From: Candidatus Magasanikiibacteriota bacterium
GTDB lineage: Bacteria; Patescibacteriota; Patescibacteriia; Magasanikbacterales; GWA2-37-8
DNA length: 64,000 nucleotides
Reading direction: 5' to 3'
Assembly: GCA_030650025.1 (NCBI GenBank)
Contig: JAUSEN010000025.1
Coordinates: 601 to 64,600 of the forward strand
Shown here: positions 19,201-26,900 of the stretch, one piece after another
Layout of the letters: every line of letters starts with the position of its first letter
How positions within the stretch are numbered: position 1 is the first letter of the stretch
The notes under the pieces: generated by a model
Databases searched by the model: none
The model's input: only the letters and a program-made list of their open reading frames with translations
Told to the model about the DNA's origin: nothing
Made by a program: the position numbers and the translations under genes

Positions 19201-21456
19201 GCCCACACAAGAGGCATCGCATAAATTATCCACGCCGTATTTGCCGGGGATCGGGCGGCGATCGCCTGAAAGCGGAGTATACAAGTTACACCCCACTTCG
19301 CTCTTAATACAGGCTGATGAATACTGGCTGCAAGCGGGAGAAGCCGGCAATTGACGCAATTCTACCGGGGTATCGGGCCACTGGACGCCAAGCGCAACTT
19401 TATCAGCATCATAACAGCCCAAATACTCGGGGGCTTTTTTGAGAAACAGAGTAATGTCGGTCGAGGAAGCGTAAGCAAAGGCGCTGCAACCTTGTGAGTT
19501 AGGGGAACAACTTTCGGAAACAGATTTGTTAAAATAAATGCCATTATTAACACCCGCGTTCTGGCCCGGGCCCTGCCAACCACCATTTAGTTTGGTTAAG
19601 CTAAAATAATTACAACCCACATTTTGCGCCGAGCACCAGCCAGTGTCGAGCGTGCGGTAGATGTAAGAAGCGCTTTGATTCGTTTCGGAATTATTAAAAG
19701 TACGGCAGGTGCGAAATTCGGCCGGGCACTCGTCCGCGTCAAACTTCCAGGTATTTTTTTCGCGCGTGCAATAAGCGTAAGAGACGCACTGGCCTTTGAT
19801 GTCAAAAGCCACACAAGTAGAAAGGTCGGCACAGTCTTGGTTCCTCTGCGGGATGCCCTCGCTCAAGGGCTGTGGCCCCCACACCGAAGCATTACAACGA
19901 GTAGGTTCGAGTTTCAGCACCCAATTGGGGTCAATGAGATGGCAAAAAGGCTTGTTAACCGGGTCATAAATAATATTACCGGCTTCATCGCGCAGGCAGT
20001 CGTTGAAACCTTTAACCACTTGTTCCAAAGTCCAAGGGCGGTCCGGGTCGCTAAGCTTGGCCGCGATTTCAAATCCCAGTGGCAAAACGCGGATTTGGCG
20101 CAAGACCCGGATGTTGGCGTAGCAATAACTTTTTTCGAAACATTTTTTATCCATGTTTTCAGCCACGCGAGTCGGGGGCAGAAGTTGCTTGCTACCATCC
20201 AAAGCCCCGCTCTTCAAGGCGGCCGCGATAGTGGTGGGGCTGCCAACTTCGGTTTGTTTTAAAGCTTCCACTAATTTTTGATCAGCCCGGCAATTGTAAG
20301 TATTCTGGAGGCCATCGGGGCAAGCGGCGAGTTCGCCGGTTAAATCATAGTTATCAATCGGTTTAATTAGCGCGGTTTGCAAAATGCTTTCAAAATAAAT
20401 TTGCGCTTGGCGGCGCCCGCCAACAACACCCGTGCTCTCGTAGGCAGCCGCCCCGCCGCCGCCTAAACAAGCGGAAGAACCATCTTTACAGCCAATACCA
20501 AAAGGCAAAACACCTTGTTCTTGGTAATTTTTGACCATGGTACTAACCAACGTATTTACGAAAATGCTTAAAATAGTTGGCAAAACCTTAATATCCCCTT
20601 TGGAGAGAAGCGCGGCGATTTGCTGTTCGTCTTTTTCTTGTTGGGTGGAAGGCGTGTTAGACTCTAACTCTTTTTTAACATTACCAGCCGGGAGTTTAAT
20701 TTGGTCGGAAATTATACCAGCCACTGGCTTGGCCCCTCCACCTTCGAGGCGTTGCAATTCTTCGCCCGCCATTTTAACAGCCACGGTTTGATCTATAAGT
20801 TGTTTAGTGCCCAAATAAATTCCAAAATCAGTTTGGTCGGCGCTGCTCATGGCCGAGTTAAACTGATCCTGAATGTCATTGCCAAAACCGCTCCAGCGGC
20901 TTTTGTGGGCTTCGGCATCGCCCCAGTTTTTGGTAAATTCGGTAAAACTACAAGACGGCTTTTGTTGGCCAGCGTCCCCGCCACGCCCGCCAAAACCGCC
21001 AAACCCAGGCATCCGGAGACCCACCTTCATGGCGAGGTCTACTTTAATATCAGGAATTTTGCAAAGATTAAGGCCGATGCCAGTGCGCTTGTCGGCCAAG
21101 GATTCTATGGCCGCGCCAAAAGCTTCATTACCGACATCGGACATGTACGACCCGAAACCTTTGTTAAACGCCAGCGCGCCTTGGCCTTTGCCGCCGGAGG
21201 CGAGCCAGACAGCGGCGTCATAAGACACTTTGCGGATAACATATGTAACCAAACGAATGACGGCATTCAAAACCGCGGTTTTTAAAATTTCCCAAATCTG
21301 CAATAAAATATCTTTGATTTGCCCGGGGATATCAGTAGCGATAGTCGCAATTACTTGAGCATGAGCAGGAGGAGGAAAGCTAAACGAGCCTAGCAAAGCG
21401 CTAAGGGATACTAAGACCAGAAGAACGCTGGCGCTTAATTTCCTAAATCGCGACAT
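13219..21456 (-). CDS. Giant (2745 aa) secreted Cys-rich surface protein with a jelly-roll/CBM-like region. Putative adhesin associated with the T4SS-like locus.
   Basis: Signal peptide (MSRFRKLSASVLLVLVSLSALLG...AHA), hundreds of Cys in paired patterns, Gly/Asn/Thr-rich sequence and an uninterrupted 8.2-kb frame. The start is 4 nt downstream of the preceding gene. Confidence 0.85.
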   Translation of the reverse strand: MSRFRKLSASVLLVLVSLSALLGSFSFPPPAHAQVIATIATDIPGQIKDILLQIWEILKTAVLNAVIRLVTYVIRKVSYDAAVWLASGGKGQGALAFNKGFGSYMSDVGNEAFGAAIESLADKRTGIGLNLCKIPDIKVDLAMKVGLRMPGFGGFGGRGGDAGQQKPSCSFTEFTKNWGDAEAHKSRWSGFGNDIQDQFNSAMSSADQTDFGIYLGTKQLIDQTVAVKMAGEELQRLEGGGAKPVAGIISDQIKLPAGNVKKELESNTPSTQQEKDEQQIAALLSKGDIKVLPTILSIFVNTLVSTMVKNYQEQGVLPFGIGCKDGSSACLGGGGAAAYESTGVVGGRRQAQIYFESILQTALIKPIDNYDLTGELAACPDGLQNTYNCRADQKLVEALKQTEVGSPTTIAAALKSGALDGSKQLLPPTRVAENMDKKCFEKSYCYANIRVLRQIRVLPLGFEIAAKLSDPDRPWTLEQVVKGFNDCLRDEAGNIIYDPVNKPFCHLIDPNWVLKLEPTRCNASVWGPQPLSEGIPQRNQDCADLSTCVAFDIKGQCVSYAYCTREKNTWKFDADECPAEFRTCRTFNNSETNQSASYIYRTLDTGWCSAQNVGCNYFSLTKLNGGWQGPGQNAGVNNGIYFNKSVSESCSPNSQGCSAFAYASSTDITLFLKKAPEYLGCYDADKVALGVQWPDTPVELRQLPASPACSQYSSACIKSEVGCNLYTPLSGDRRPIPGKYGVDNLCDASCVGYDSYREMPSNFSGGQDVAYIIPSSGEACAPADAGCTGFTNVGNITGDQVEQVDYFTHLRACVPSSVNTGKNFITYESTALTGIQLKTYRLVENIAVEDNLPIINNPNNQIGAPKYLYGTLADRQKFADLCSEAVYKAQSQNPTFDPDCRQFNDDRGRVFYRLLSRLIPVTDSCQRYRLNNTELYNVPAINENTCTEENGIYHGFWNKTDNICQVCFQSGEYKDGQCYYYGLPKDAKNSAGESRACAETANSCREYKGNAGNNVKVMADFPNTFELSDIATNTPALLKDWAILGGSISITRESTQPAGQSLGYSGAGQVFKKLELASGNTYILSFWAKGSGVATDIRLDSADGLYTKAFGTLSLGDTWNYYSLGPVELTPNGNNPATTNFRLAFALTQNGSIYLDNVRLVEVAENIFIKKNTLKVSSACDDNTDDNLPGAALGCRAYSNPVGQRVNLTGFSFLCRENAIGCVGVIDSFNTLGDTGERYYNIWMPGLSGAWKTLDLKLGQKNPKCQIEVGRSGCYIKTVPAEFSLIAIQNGGGTVVTSTVTVPADTSSTAPIFLVANKGATCTEPDLGCMYAGKLKDTPTGPEYVTTTIKNSPAEYNDQLCYAEALFCGQYKDNAGGDFYFKDPLQSGQGLCQYRADVDVKVRNIVSKNSGWFREGVGYCKKSSALCVKNTDCGGGDSCDLAANVPCYPSYLDADGVYGLWSYGATSTYQNFVGSCPDEWNQCTEFVDHADNDERHYFINNKKISAGDCAGQASQKYGCALFEKTDNPNKYWSTDLSYKNSENKDGNLVPAASDPNGNDSNIIIQVKQDRMCGEWIQCVSSHTVRDQNTGNFKKVCDQVARCDRALPSKAKGSYATCAHWVTYKINDPPPRVLDESVYVTRNVGWTGQDYSGYSLLNTLPIETLRQININNPTSTPAWRLVKVVACGGDKSIGGDKICVNKSPTSTDSACVPSDLSECDLGGEFNVPCKELAPCGTAAQPGVCARSGVCVATPGGLPDVRLMDSAPSQICRAYPEQDSPFPNQPSIAKATNLFKGVNYCNEGNLPSSWKLTANLCECNYTRAQYGDFINKFWNYARPNQVPIVINSKNSKIPLGILGNQPGEVPKGLCQGGDRDGMDCEADRDCHKIEINKDNIFEKDKGDISSIDGACQKLKRVDPHLGWSGYCLEPDISRPLNGLPSEHPCLTWWPVDTLNGAADVNNQHTDAGYQGAPLYCLASNGAGNGKVVDWETPADPDGTSAKNFYTRRMGIGLGILSSRGTAPWENDNLGQFSRSFVQPVDNEIGVIMEDVERIDFKVTSGDSQDPANDATFSIWPNDPNKNKTVYQSYYRAITIQGGGANDNAYRPGVAVAGKYMGRGTDWVIAYSSAHKHEGSTFPYIFTSPSDGIPNDAQPNTPGTVGDFCYAYNGQNKNSCNAFSGNIFGSKMYASGVELPSQENNGSENIGIWSTRVKGSQICPSGAKDDAPHQECNSLPGRCGGNWHAIRVRFDPATHAFLGYYTAYCDDSPGSGSVGYHVFFKFKEWCKSVVSAKVNYTDPISAVAWTDRLWIGNANKSQYVVSNLKYDKDNNGNLTLVNYTTKPEPFGALATGNPADKFETILFTKADKIGKDPKDASKYQCPPNVGECNYDKLGEVYRDTGDKNKSVLLTPGYPYSCKDGLGGACPGYDGDKDVNLITNAIDFAKVGVGITGRTNVIQLFAKVFDIYDFNGSQYLTSGLAPTFNITRTGLNGVTPKAPTVYAVNCAEADQDANCIEGAPGAISVNNTSTGDIYLFGDYAERATTRFYAAAYKEQMPIRQIKVDWGDGMVTDPGLGAFRNQRGQVQTICSAPDKVTPGNCKTPSGAPVLAADGTTKLSCSYQNPGCPTVSQCVPENSAAEFGLIVNRSCDNSYFQFEHDYQCVKGDKTYHPSSSDCGRLPERFPEGCCIYKPRVQVKDNWGWCAGSCLGNVGSGCYDGNDGAGPDQCADPNSPLPWVNFGGKLYVKPTE

Positions 21457-21460
21457 AATT

Positions 21461-22168
21461 TTATGGGGTCGGCGAAATATTTATTAAAGTCGTGCTCACG
21501 CTTGAAGAGCGGCCAACGCCCACATTCGCGGCGCGCTGAATTTGCTCTAGTTGCGAACGGGTACTGGTGGCCGCCAAAATTTGCCCGCCCATTAACTTTA
21601 ACTGATCGTCGTTAATTTTATCGAGCGTCGCCTTGTCCATCCCTCCGGATAAAAGCAAACCGCGCAATTGCTTGGGGTCCTGCAAAATCGCCACTAGGTC
21701 GGGCGGCGGTTCTCCCAATTGCGCCGCGAGGGCCGCGGCGGTGGAAGAGGCGTCACTCACAGCGAGGCTTTGCTCGGACGCGGCCGGGGCCACGCAATCC
21801 TGGCCCTTGGGGCAAAGCGGCAGCCCTTTGGCCAAAACTTCGCGATCACTCATGCCATAACTAAAGGTATCAAATAAATATGGCGAAGTGCCATAAACAT
21901 AGAGCTCGTCAAAATCGTTTATCTCGTCGTGATCAGTGTCGCGGTAACGCAAAGCATCAATCGTGGCCACTTGATTCTTGAGGTCCACCGGCGGCTCGTT
22001 ATTTAAAGCCAAGGGGCCGTACATGGTATTGCGAATTTGCACTAGCCCCAGCCCAACACTTAAAAACGCAAAAACCACGAGCAACGAAAACCCGATTTTT
22101 TGCTCTTTGGTTAGGGAGTCCGGAAGGACCGCCATAATTAAAAAACTTAAGTTGGCACTTAAGTTCAT
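21461..22168 (-). CDS. Membrane-anchored hypothetical protein. First gene of the giant-protein operon.
   Basis: 235-aa ORF with a TM helix (FSLLVVFAFLSVGLGLV). It is tightly coupled to the giant gene. Confidence 0.55.
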   Translation of the reverse strand: MNLSANLSFLIMAVLPDSLTKEQKIGFSLLVVFAFLSVGLGLVQIRNTMYGPLALNNEPPVDLKNQVATIDALRYRDTDHDEINDFDELYVYGTSPYLFDTFSYGMSDREVLAKGLPLCPKGQDCVAPAASEQSLAVSDASSTAAALAAQLGEPPPDLVAILQDPKQLRGLLLSGGMDKATLDKINDDQLKLMGGQILAATSTRSQLEQIQRAANVGVGRSSSVSTTLINISPTP

Positions 22169-22221
22169 TATAGCACAATTTTATAAGACAAGTAAGTGGA
22201 TAACCACTTAAAAAATAAGAA

Positions 22222-23178
22222 CTACAAAGAAGCACTTAAATCCAGCCAATTGGGCAAACTTAACTCTTGCGCGCGAGCGGTTTTGGTAAGGCCAAATGAC
22301 TCTAACAGAGCCATTATTTTGCCACTATCCCCTGCCGGAATTAGAGATTTTAAATTTTTTAACAAAACCTTACGTTTACTAGAAAATCCGAGCCGCGCCA
22401 GTTTAAATAATTTAGATATTTCTTGAGAAGAGAGGCCGGGGGTTTTGGGTGTTAGCTTAATAACAGCCGAATCCACCCTCGGCACTGGCCAGAAAGACTC
22501 GCGAGGAACAGGAAAAACGATGGCTGGCTTTGAGTAAAGCTGAACAGACAAGGCCAAAAGGGACATCGCACCTGGCAGAGCGCAAATTCTCTCCGCCACT
22601 TCCCGCTGGATCATCAAAATCATTTCGCTTGGAGGATTACTAGATTCTAAAAACATTTTTATAAGCGGTGAGGTAATTTGGTACGGGATATTGGCGATGA
22701 CTTTGTATGGACTCACCACCTCTGCTTCCAGCAAAACCTTCCCCTGCCCTGTCCTCGACGTGTATCCTCCCCCCTGCCCCCTCCATTGCGATGGAGGGGG
22801 AGTGGCAATTCCCCTCCCCTTCGCAAAGGGGAGGGCGAGGGTGGGGTTAAAGCGATTCAAAACATTACCCCAAATAATTTCTAAATTATTTATTTTTTTT
22901 TCCTGAATATTATTTTCCCAATAATCTTGTAACTTTTTTTCAATCTCAAAACCAAACACTCTCCCAGCTTGCTCCGCGAGCGAGAGGGTGAGAGTGCCAA
23001 ACCCGGGCCCGACTTCTACCACCGTATCTTGTTTACTTAAATTCGCCACGGCCAAAATTTTATTAATTACCTCGGCGTCTATCAAAAAATTTTGGCCGTA
23101 TTGCTTACTCGGCCGCAGGCCATATTTTTGGCAAAGATGCTTTAGGTGGTCGGGGTTAAAGAGTTTAGTATTATCCAT
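22222..23178 (-). CDS. rsmA: 16S rRNA (adenine1518/1519-N6)-dimethyltransferase RsmA/KsgA carrying an in-frame GC-rich insertion.
   Basis: The N-terminus (QNFLIDAEVINKI..VVEVGPGFGTLT) is typical of KsgA. An inserted segment LALPFAKGRGIATPPPSQWRGQGGGY is encoded by the repeat element. Confidence 0.9.
   Translation of the reverse strand: MDNTKLFNPDHLKHLCQKYGLRPSKQYGQNFLIDAEVINKILAVANLSKQDTVVEVGPGFGTLTLSLAEQAGRVFGFEIEKKLQDYWENNIQEKKINNLEIIWGNVLNRFNPTLALPFAKGRGIATPPPSQWRGQGGGYTSRTGQGKVLLEAEVVSPYKVIANIPYQITSPLIKMFLESSNPPSEMILMIQREVAERICALPGAMSLLALSVQLYSKPAIVFPVPRESFWPVPRVDSAVIKLTPKTPGLSSQEISKLFKLARLGFSSKRKVLLKNLKSLIPAGDSGKIMALLESFGLTKTARAQELSLPNWLDLSASL
22766..22848. mobile_element. Intragenic GC-rich two-hairpin palindromic element, copy 1 (in rsmA).
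   Basis: Module B (CCCTCCATTGCGATGGAGGG) plus module A (CCCCTCCCCTTCGCAAAGGGGAGGG) with a shared ACCCCACCCTCGCCC flank. It is in-frame with no stop codons. Confidence 0.75.
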
Positions 23179-23180
23179 AA

Positions 23181-24278
23181 TTATTTTTTGATAATCACAC
23201 CGATGTCCGCATTAACTTCAACCAAATCTCCTGTTTTTAATAATTTAGTAACGTCTCTAACGCCGATAATGCAGGGAGTCCCCAGTTCACGGGCTACTAT
23301 GGCCGCGTGGCTCGTGAGGCCGCCTGTTTCGGTAACTAAGGCCGCGGCCAGCTTTATGGCAGGCAGGTACTCGACGGCAGTATACGGTGCTACTAAAATA
23401 TCACCTCGCTTCATTCGCCGTATCGCGGCCGTGCTATTTTTTACAACTATAACTCTCCCCGCCGCTACTCCACGCCGGGCTATTTGCCCCCGCAGTGTAT
23501 TGTTACTATTGCTCACTAAAAGTTCTTTAAATCGGCCGCGCTTTAAAAACTGGAGAGCAGCTTTACCCGCGTATATTTTTAATTTTTTTTCTTCGTAAAA
23601 TAAAATGGTTATTTTTTTACGGGCGTTAATTAGTCGACCAGCTATTTTACCGCGCCTTAGACCCAGAATAATCTCTGGTATGGTTAGATACTCAATATCA
23701 TTGGCACGGAGTCTTAAAATTTTAGCAATGGCTCCAAATAAATTATTACAATTATTCCGGCGACGCGCGAGTAATTTAGAAACATCTTCTTTAATATATG
23801 CGCCAACTTGGATAATTTTATTTAAGTTATTCGTGGGTTTACTATTTATACCACCAACTAACTCACTAAATAAATGCAATAGATTGCTCATGGCGTCTAA
23901 GGGAGCAGCCAGTTCTCGAATTTTGACTAAATCCCTTCCCGCCTCTCTACTGTTACTTTTATTATATTTAACTCGAGCGATTTGATCTAAAAACTTTTTT
24001 AATTTTTTACTTCGTGCCTTATATTCGACGAAAATAATTTTTATCCATGTTTTGCTACGCAATTTATTTTGGTAAACGGATTTTAAATTATTAATATCGT
24101 CTACAAGTCCATATTTTTCTTGCCAGCCATTTTTAATGATTGATAAAATACGGTATTGCGCGCCCACATATTTTTTAAACCACTTAAAAAATAATTCATC
24201 GGCGTAATTAAGGGCAACCAGCGGCGCTAAGTTGTTGCTAAAAAATAATTGGTATTGTTTGCGGCGAAAATTGATCAT
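23181..24278 (-). CDS. PEP-utilising-enzyme mobile-domain protein.
   Basis: C-terminal motif VTETGGLTSHAAIVARELGTPCIIG, typical of the phosphohistidine swivelling domain of PEP synthase/PPDK. Confidence 0.55.
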   Translation of the reverse strand: MINFRRKQYQLFFSNNLAPLVALNYADELFFKWFKKYVGAQYRILSIIKNGWQEKYGLVDDINNLKSVYQNKLRSKTWIKIIFVEYKARSKKLKKFLDQIARVKYNKSNSREAGRDLVKIRELAAPLDAMSNLLHLFSELVGGINSKPTNNLNKIIQVGAYIKEDVSKLLARRRNNCNNLFGAIAKILRLRANDIEYLTIPEIILGLRRGKIAGRLINARKKITILFYEEKKLKIYAGKAALQFLKRGRFKELLVSNSNNTLRGQIARRGVAAGRVIVVKNSTAAIRRMKRGDILVAPYTAVEYLPAIKLAAALVTETGGLTSHAAIVARELGTPCIIGVRDVTKLLKTGDLVEVNADIGVIIKK

Positions 24279-24290
24279 ACTTTTAATAAA

Positions 24291-25427
24291 TTATTCTGGT
24301 AGCAAACCAGCACTCGTATACCGATTACTCGCATTCCACATCAGCCACCCCGCGTCAGTGTATTTTTCAATCTCGTCTATTTGCGCGCGAATTTTGACTG
24401 CATCATAAACCGCCCCTAAATTAAAGGCCTGAATCCAAGGCCGCAGTTTGGCCCGCTGGCCAGTAAATTTAGGCATTCCGAGTTTAAGACCATGGGCAAA
24501 TACTTCACCCGGGTGCGCGGCAGGATTTTGGAAACCTAAATGACCGCGCGGGTAATGCGAAGGGTACATCATGGGAGAAATATAATCAGTGGAGCTCACG
24601 GCGTCCACAATACGCTGACCGATATTAAGATCAAAATTATTTTTCGCTTCCATGGTTAAACCAAACATGTCGAGCGAGAGCCACACCGGCTCGTTAGCCA
24701 ATTCGCTACTTAACGTTTGATAAAATTCCCGCATGATTTGGGATTTAGCGCGGCCACCCATGTTATAAACCACGCGGCTCATATCGCCGTCCGAAGGGAA
24801 GCGCACATAATCAAAATTTATTTCGTCAAACCCAAAATCCGCCACTTCCCTGGCAATATCAAAATTATATTTCCAGACTTCGCGGCGTGTCGGATCCACC
24901 CAAGAGAGGCCGCGATGGTCCCGCCACACCAAATTATCTTTATCTTTTATGGCCCAACCAGGCTTTTTGGCGGCCAAAACCGGATCCTGAAAAACAGTTT
25001 GCCGAGCAATTACGTAAATATTTTTGTCATGCAGTTTTTTTATGATGCCGGGCAAATCTGGTAATAAATTTCTCGATAAACCATTTTTCTTGGCCAGAGG
25101 CACGCGGCTTTTATACAAAATATATCCCGTGTAATCTTTGATGTCTATGATCACGGCATTTAATTCTGTCTCATCGATTAATTTTATTATCTCATCGAGT
25201 TTTTTGGGGTCGCTCGCGGAATAAGCGGTAAGATACAAGCCTTTGGCAGTTTGGGCCGGCGGCTTTGCCTTGGGTTTGTTCTCGAGTAAAAAGGCCAAGG
25301 GGCTAAATACGCTCGGCGTGGCATAACTCGTTTCACTGTTCGCGGCTTGCCACTGAAATAAAATAGCGCCCGCGCCTAAAAGCGCGGCTAAGACGGAAAT
25401 TAAAATGTAATTACGCGAGGTCAACAT
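24291..25427 (-). CDS. Putative TIM-barrel glycoside-hydrolase-like protein (GHL/DUF4015-like) with an N-terminal TM anchor.
   Basis: 378-aa ORF. The segment WVDPTRREVWKYNFDIAREVADFGFDEINFDYVRFP resembles the DUF4015 putative glycosyl hydrolase family. Recalled similarity only. Confidence 0.4.
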   Translation of the reverse strand: MLTSRNYILISVLAALLGAGAILFQWQAANSETSYATPSVFSPLAFLLENKPKAKPPAQTAKGLYLTAYSASDPKKLDEIIKLIDETELNAVIIDIKDYTGYILYKSRVPLAKKNGLSRNLLPDLPGIIKKLHDKNIYVIARQTVFQDPVLAAKKPGWAIKDKDNLVWRDHRGLSWVDPTRREVWKYNFDIAREVADFGFDEINFDYVRFPSDGDMSRVVYNMGGRAKSQIMREFYQTLSSELANEPVWLSLDMFGLTMEAKNNFDLNIGQRIVDAVSSTDYISPMMYPSHYPRGHLGFQNPAAHPGEVFAHGLKLGMPKFTGQRAKLRPWIQAFNLGAVYDAVKIRAQIDEIEKYTDAGWLMWNASNRYTSAGLLPE

Positions 25428-26535
25428 ATACTTCGCCTTGGCGCAAAATTTTTATTTTGCTATTTAAGACGCTAACTAATGTACTCGGTTTATTTTTTGT
25501 CAAGATGCCATAATCGAGCATAATATCCGGCTGATATTCTTGATTTTTAAATTGCTCGGCGAGTATCTTAGCGTCATAAATCTCACCGGCATCCGATAAA
25601 TTAGCCGATGTGGCCACGAGAGGCCGACCAATTTTTTCGGTAATTGATTTTAGAAGAGGGTGCGTGGTAACGCGCAGGGCGATGGTGCCAGCCTGCGATA
25701 TCACACCTCTCGCGATGCCACTGCCAATCCTCCCCCCCGCCCCCTCCATTGCTATGGAGGGGGGGACGCGATCTCTGTTTTTAAAAACTTCATCTATAAT
25801 TGAATCTAAAACAGCATCTAAATTATTAAAGACCTGTAAATTATCGAATCTAATAACTTTATAGCCAGAATCTACCAACCACTTAGTGCGTAGTCTGTCC
25901 TTTTCTACTTGATCTTTATCCACATAATGCACATCACCATCTAATTCGATAACTAGTTTTGTGTCGGGTTGAAAAAAATCAACTATGTAAGAGCCTACCC
26001 CATGCTGACGTCTAAATCTGATACCGTTCAATCGCTTATCCCGTAAATGATTCCAAAGAATTAACTCGGCTTTCGTTTGATTTTTTCTAAGTTCCCGGCG
26101 TCTTACTAAGCTAGATATGTAACCAGCTATTCGCTCAAATCGAAATTCGCGTCCCCTCCCCTTAGCAAAGGGGAGGGTAGGGTGGGGTCTGGTATCGCCA
26201 TCGGCCAATCCACCCCCTACCCCCTCCATTGCTATGGAGGAGGGGTGACGATACTCCCCCACCACCGTCAAAGCCCCGGGCCAATATTTTTTAGAAATTT
26301 CTTCTAACTGCTTGCTCCACGCTAAATATTTTTTTGCTTCGGCAATGCTCGGCACGACCACTAGGAGCGGCTTCTTAAAATCCCGGCCTTTAATTTTAAA
26401 AATTTTGTCTACGGCTTGTTGGTTAGTGGCATCACACCCGAGACCATACGACGTTTCGGTGGGAAAAACAATAATCTTGCCATTCAGTATATCGACGACG
26501 AGCTCGGCTAAATTACACTCGGTTAAAATTTTCAT
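25411..26535 (-). CDS. tsaC: L-threonylcarbamoyladenylate synthase TsaC/YrdC interrupted in-frame by a DUF559 endonuclease-like domain flanked by palindromic repeat modules.
   Basis: YrdC N-terminal part (FPTETSYGLGCDATN...) and C-terminal part (TIALRVTTHPLL...PLVATSANLS...). Between them lies the DUF559 motif set (TKAELILWNHL...FRRQHGVGSYIVDFF...VIELDGDVH...VIRF). Confidence 0.85.
   Translation of the reverse strand: MKILTECNLAELVVDILNGKIIVFPTETSYGLGCDATNQQAVDKIFKIKGRDFKKPLLVVVPSIAEAKKYLAWSKQLEEISKKYWPGALTVVGEYRHPSSIAMEGVGGGLADGDTRPHPTLPFAKGRGREFRFERIAGYISSLVRRRELRKNQTKAELILWNHLRDKRLNGIRFRRQHGVGSYIVDFFQPDTKLVIELDGDVHYVDKDQVEKDRLRTKWLVDSGYKVIRFDNLQVFNNLDAVLDSIIDEVFKNRDRVPPSIAMEGAGGRIGSGIARGVISQAGTIALRVTTHPLLKSITEKIGRPLVATSANLSDAGEIYDAKILAEQFKNQEYQPDIMLDYGILTKNKPSTLVSVLNSKIKILRQGEVYVDLA
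25728..25770. mobile_element. Intragenic palindromic element module B, copy 2b (tsaC, distal flank of the DUF559 insert).
   Basis: CCTCCCCCCCGCCCCCTCCATTGCTATGGAGGGGGGG. It encodes PPSIAMEGAGG in-frame. Confidence 0.7.
25771..26150 (-). other. Embedded DUF559 (Vsr-like / PD-(D/E)xK-fold) endonuclease domain inside tsaC.
   Basis: About 125-aa segment matching the DUF559 consensus (LR..qT.aE..LW..L......FrRQ...g.YivDF......viElDG..H......D..R...L...G..viRf). Confidence 0.7.
26150..26250. mobile_element. Intragenic palindromic element (modules A+B), copy 2a (tsaC, proximal flank of the DUF559 insert).
   Basis: CCCCTCCCCTTAGCAAAGGGGAGGG ... CCCCTCCATTGCTATGGAGGAGGGG. It encodes PSSIAMEGVGGG...LPFAKGRG. 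Confidence 0.75.
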
Positions 26536-26536
26536 A

Positions 26537-26887
26537 CTAAACTTCAACTTCTTTCCAAACAATCTCAATGGCATTAAAATATTCTTTGGTAAATTTTACG
26601 AGCACTTCTGGATCAAATGGCTTGCAAGTATAACAATCGACAGTAAACAGTGGCGGATTTGTTGGATAACTATAAAAATGACTACCGGAAGATTTCCAAT
26701 GAATCCAACCACCATAACCCATGTCATGAGCGCTATAGGCAATGGGCTCAGATAGTACTTCCATTTTGCAAACTTCAGCAATCGCGAGTAAATATTTTTT
26801 AATTTCCTCTGGTTCAACAATCTTCTGTGTGGTACCCTCAATAATTACTCGCTGTCTAATTAAATTTGGCGCTAAATTTTTCCACAT
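26537..26887 (-). CDS. S-adenosylmethionine decarboxylase-like (pyruvoyl-dependent, SpeH/SpeD small type) protein.
   Basis: Motifs KSSGSHFYSYP...FTVDCYTCKPFD resemble the ESHxxxHTxPE...VDxFTCG signature of AdoMetDC proenzymes. Confidence 0.45.
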   Translation of the reverse strand: MWKNLAPNLIRQRVIIEGTTQKIVEPEEIKKYLLAIAEVCKMEVLSEPIAYSAHDMGYGGWIHWKSSGSHFYSYPTNPPLFTVDCYTCKPFDPEVLVKFTKEYFNAIEIVWKEVEV

Positions 26888-26900
26888 ATATTAAAATTAC

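Noticed and set aside
13384-21285. Numerous 60-210-aa ORFs on both strands inside the giant gene (e.g. 14643-15257 minus, 15795-16283 minus, 19624-20262 plus, 20701-21285 plus).
   Set aside because: They are shadow ORFs within or antisense to an uninterrupted 8.2-kb coding frame. They have low-complexity products and no independent start or RBS context.
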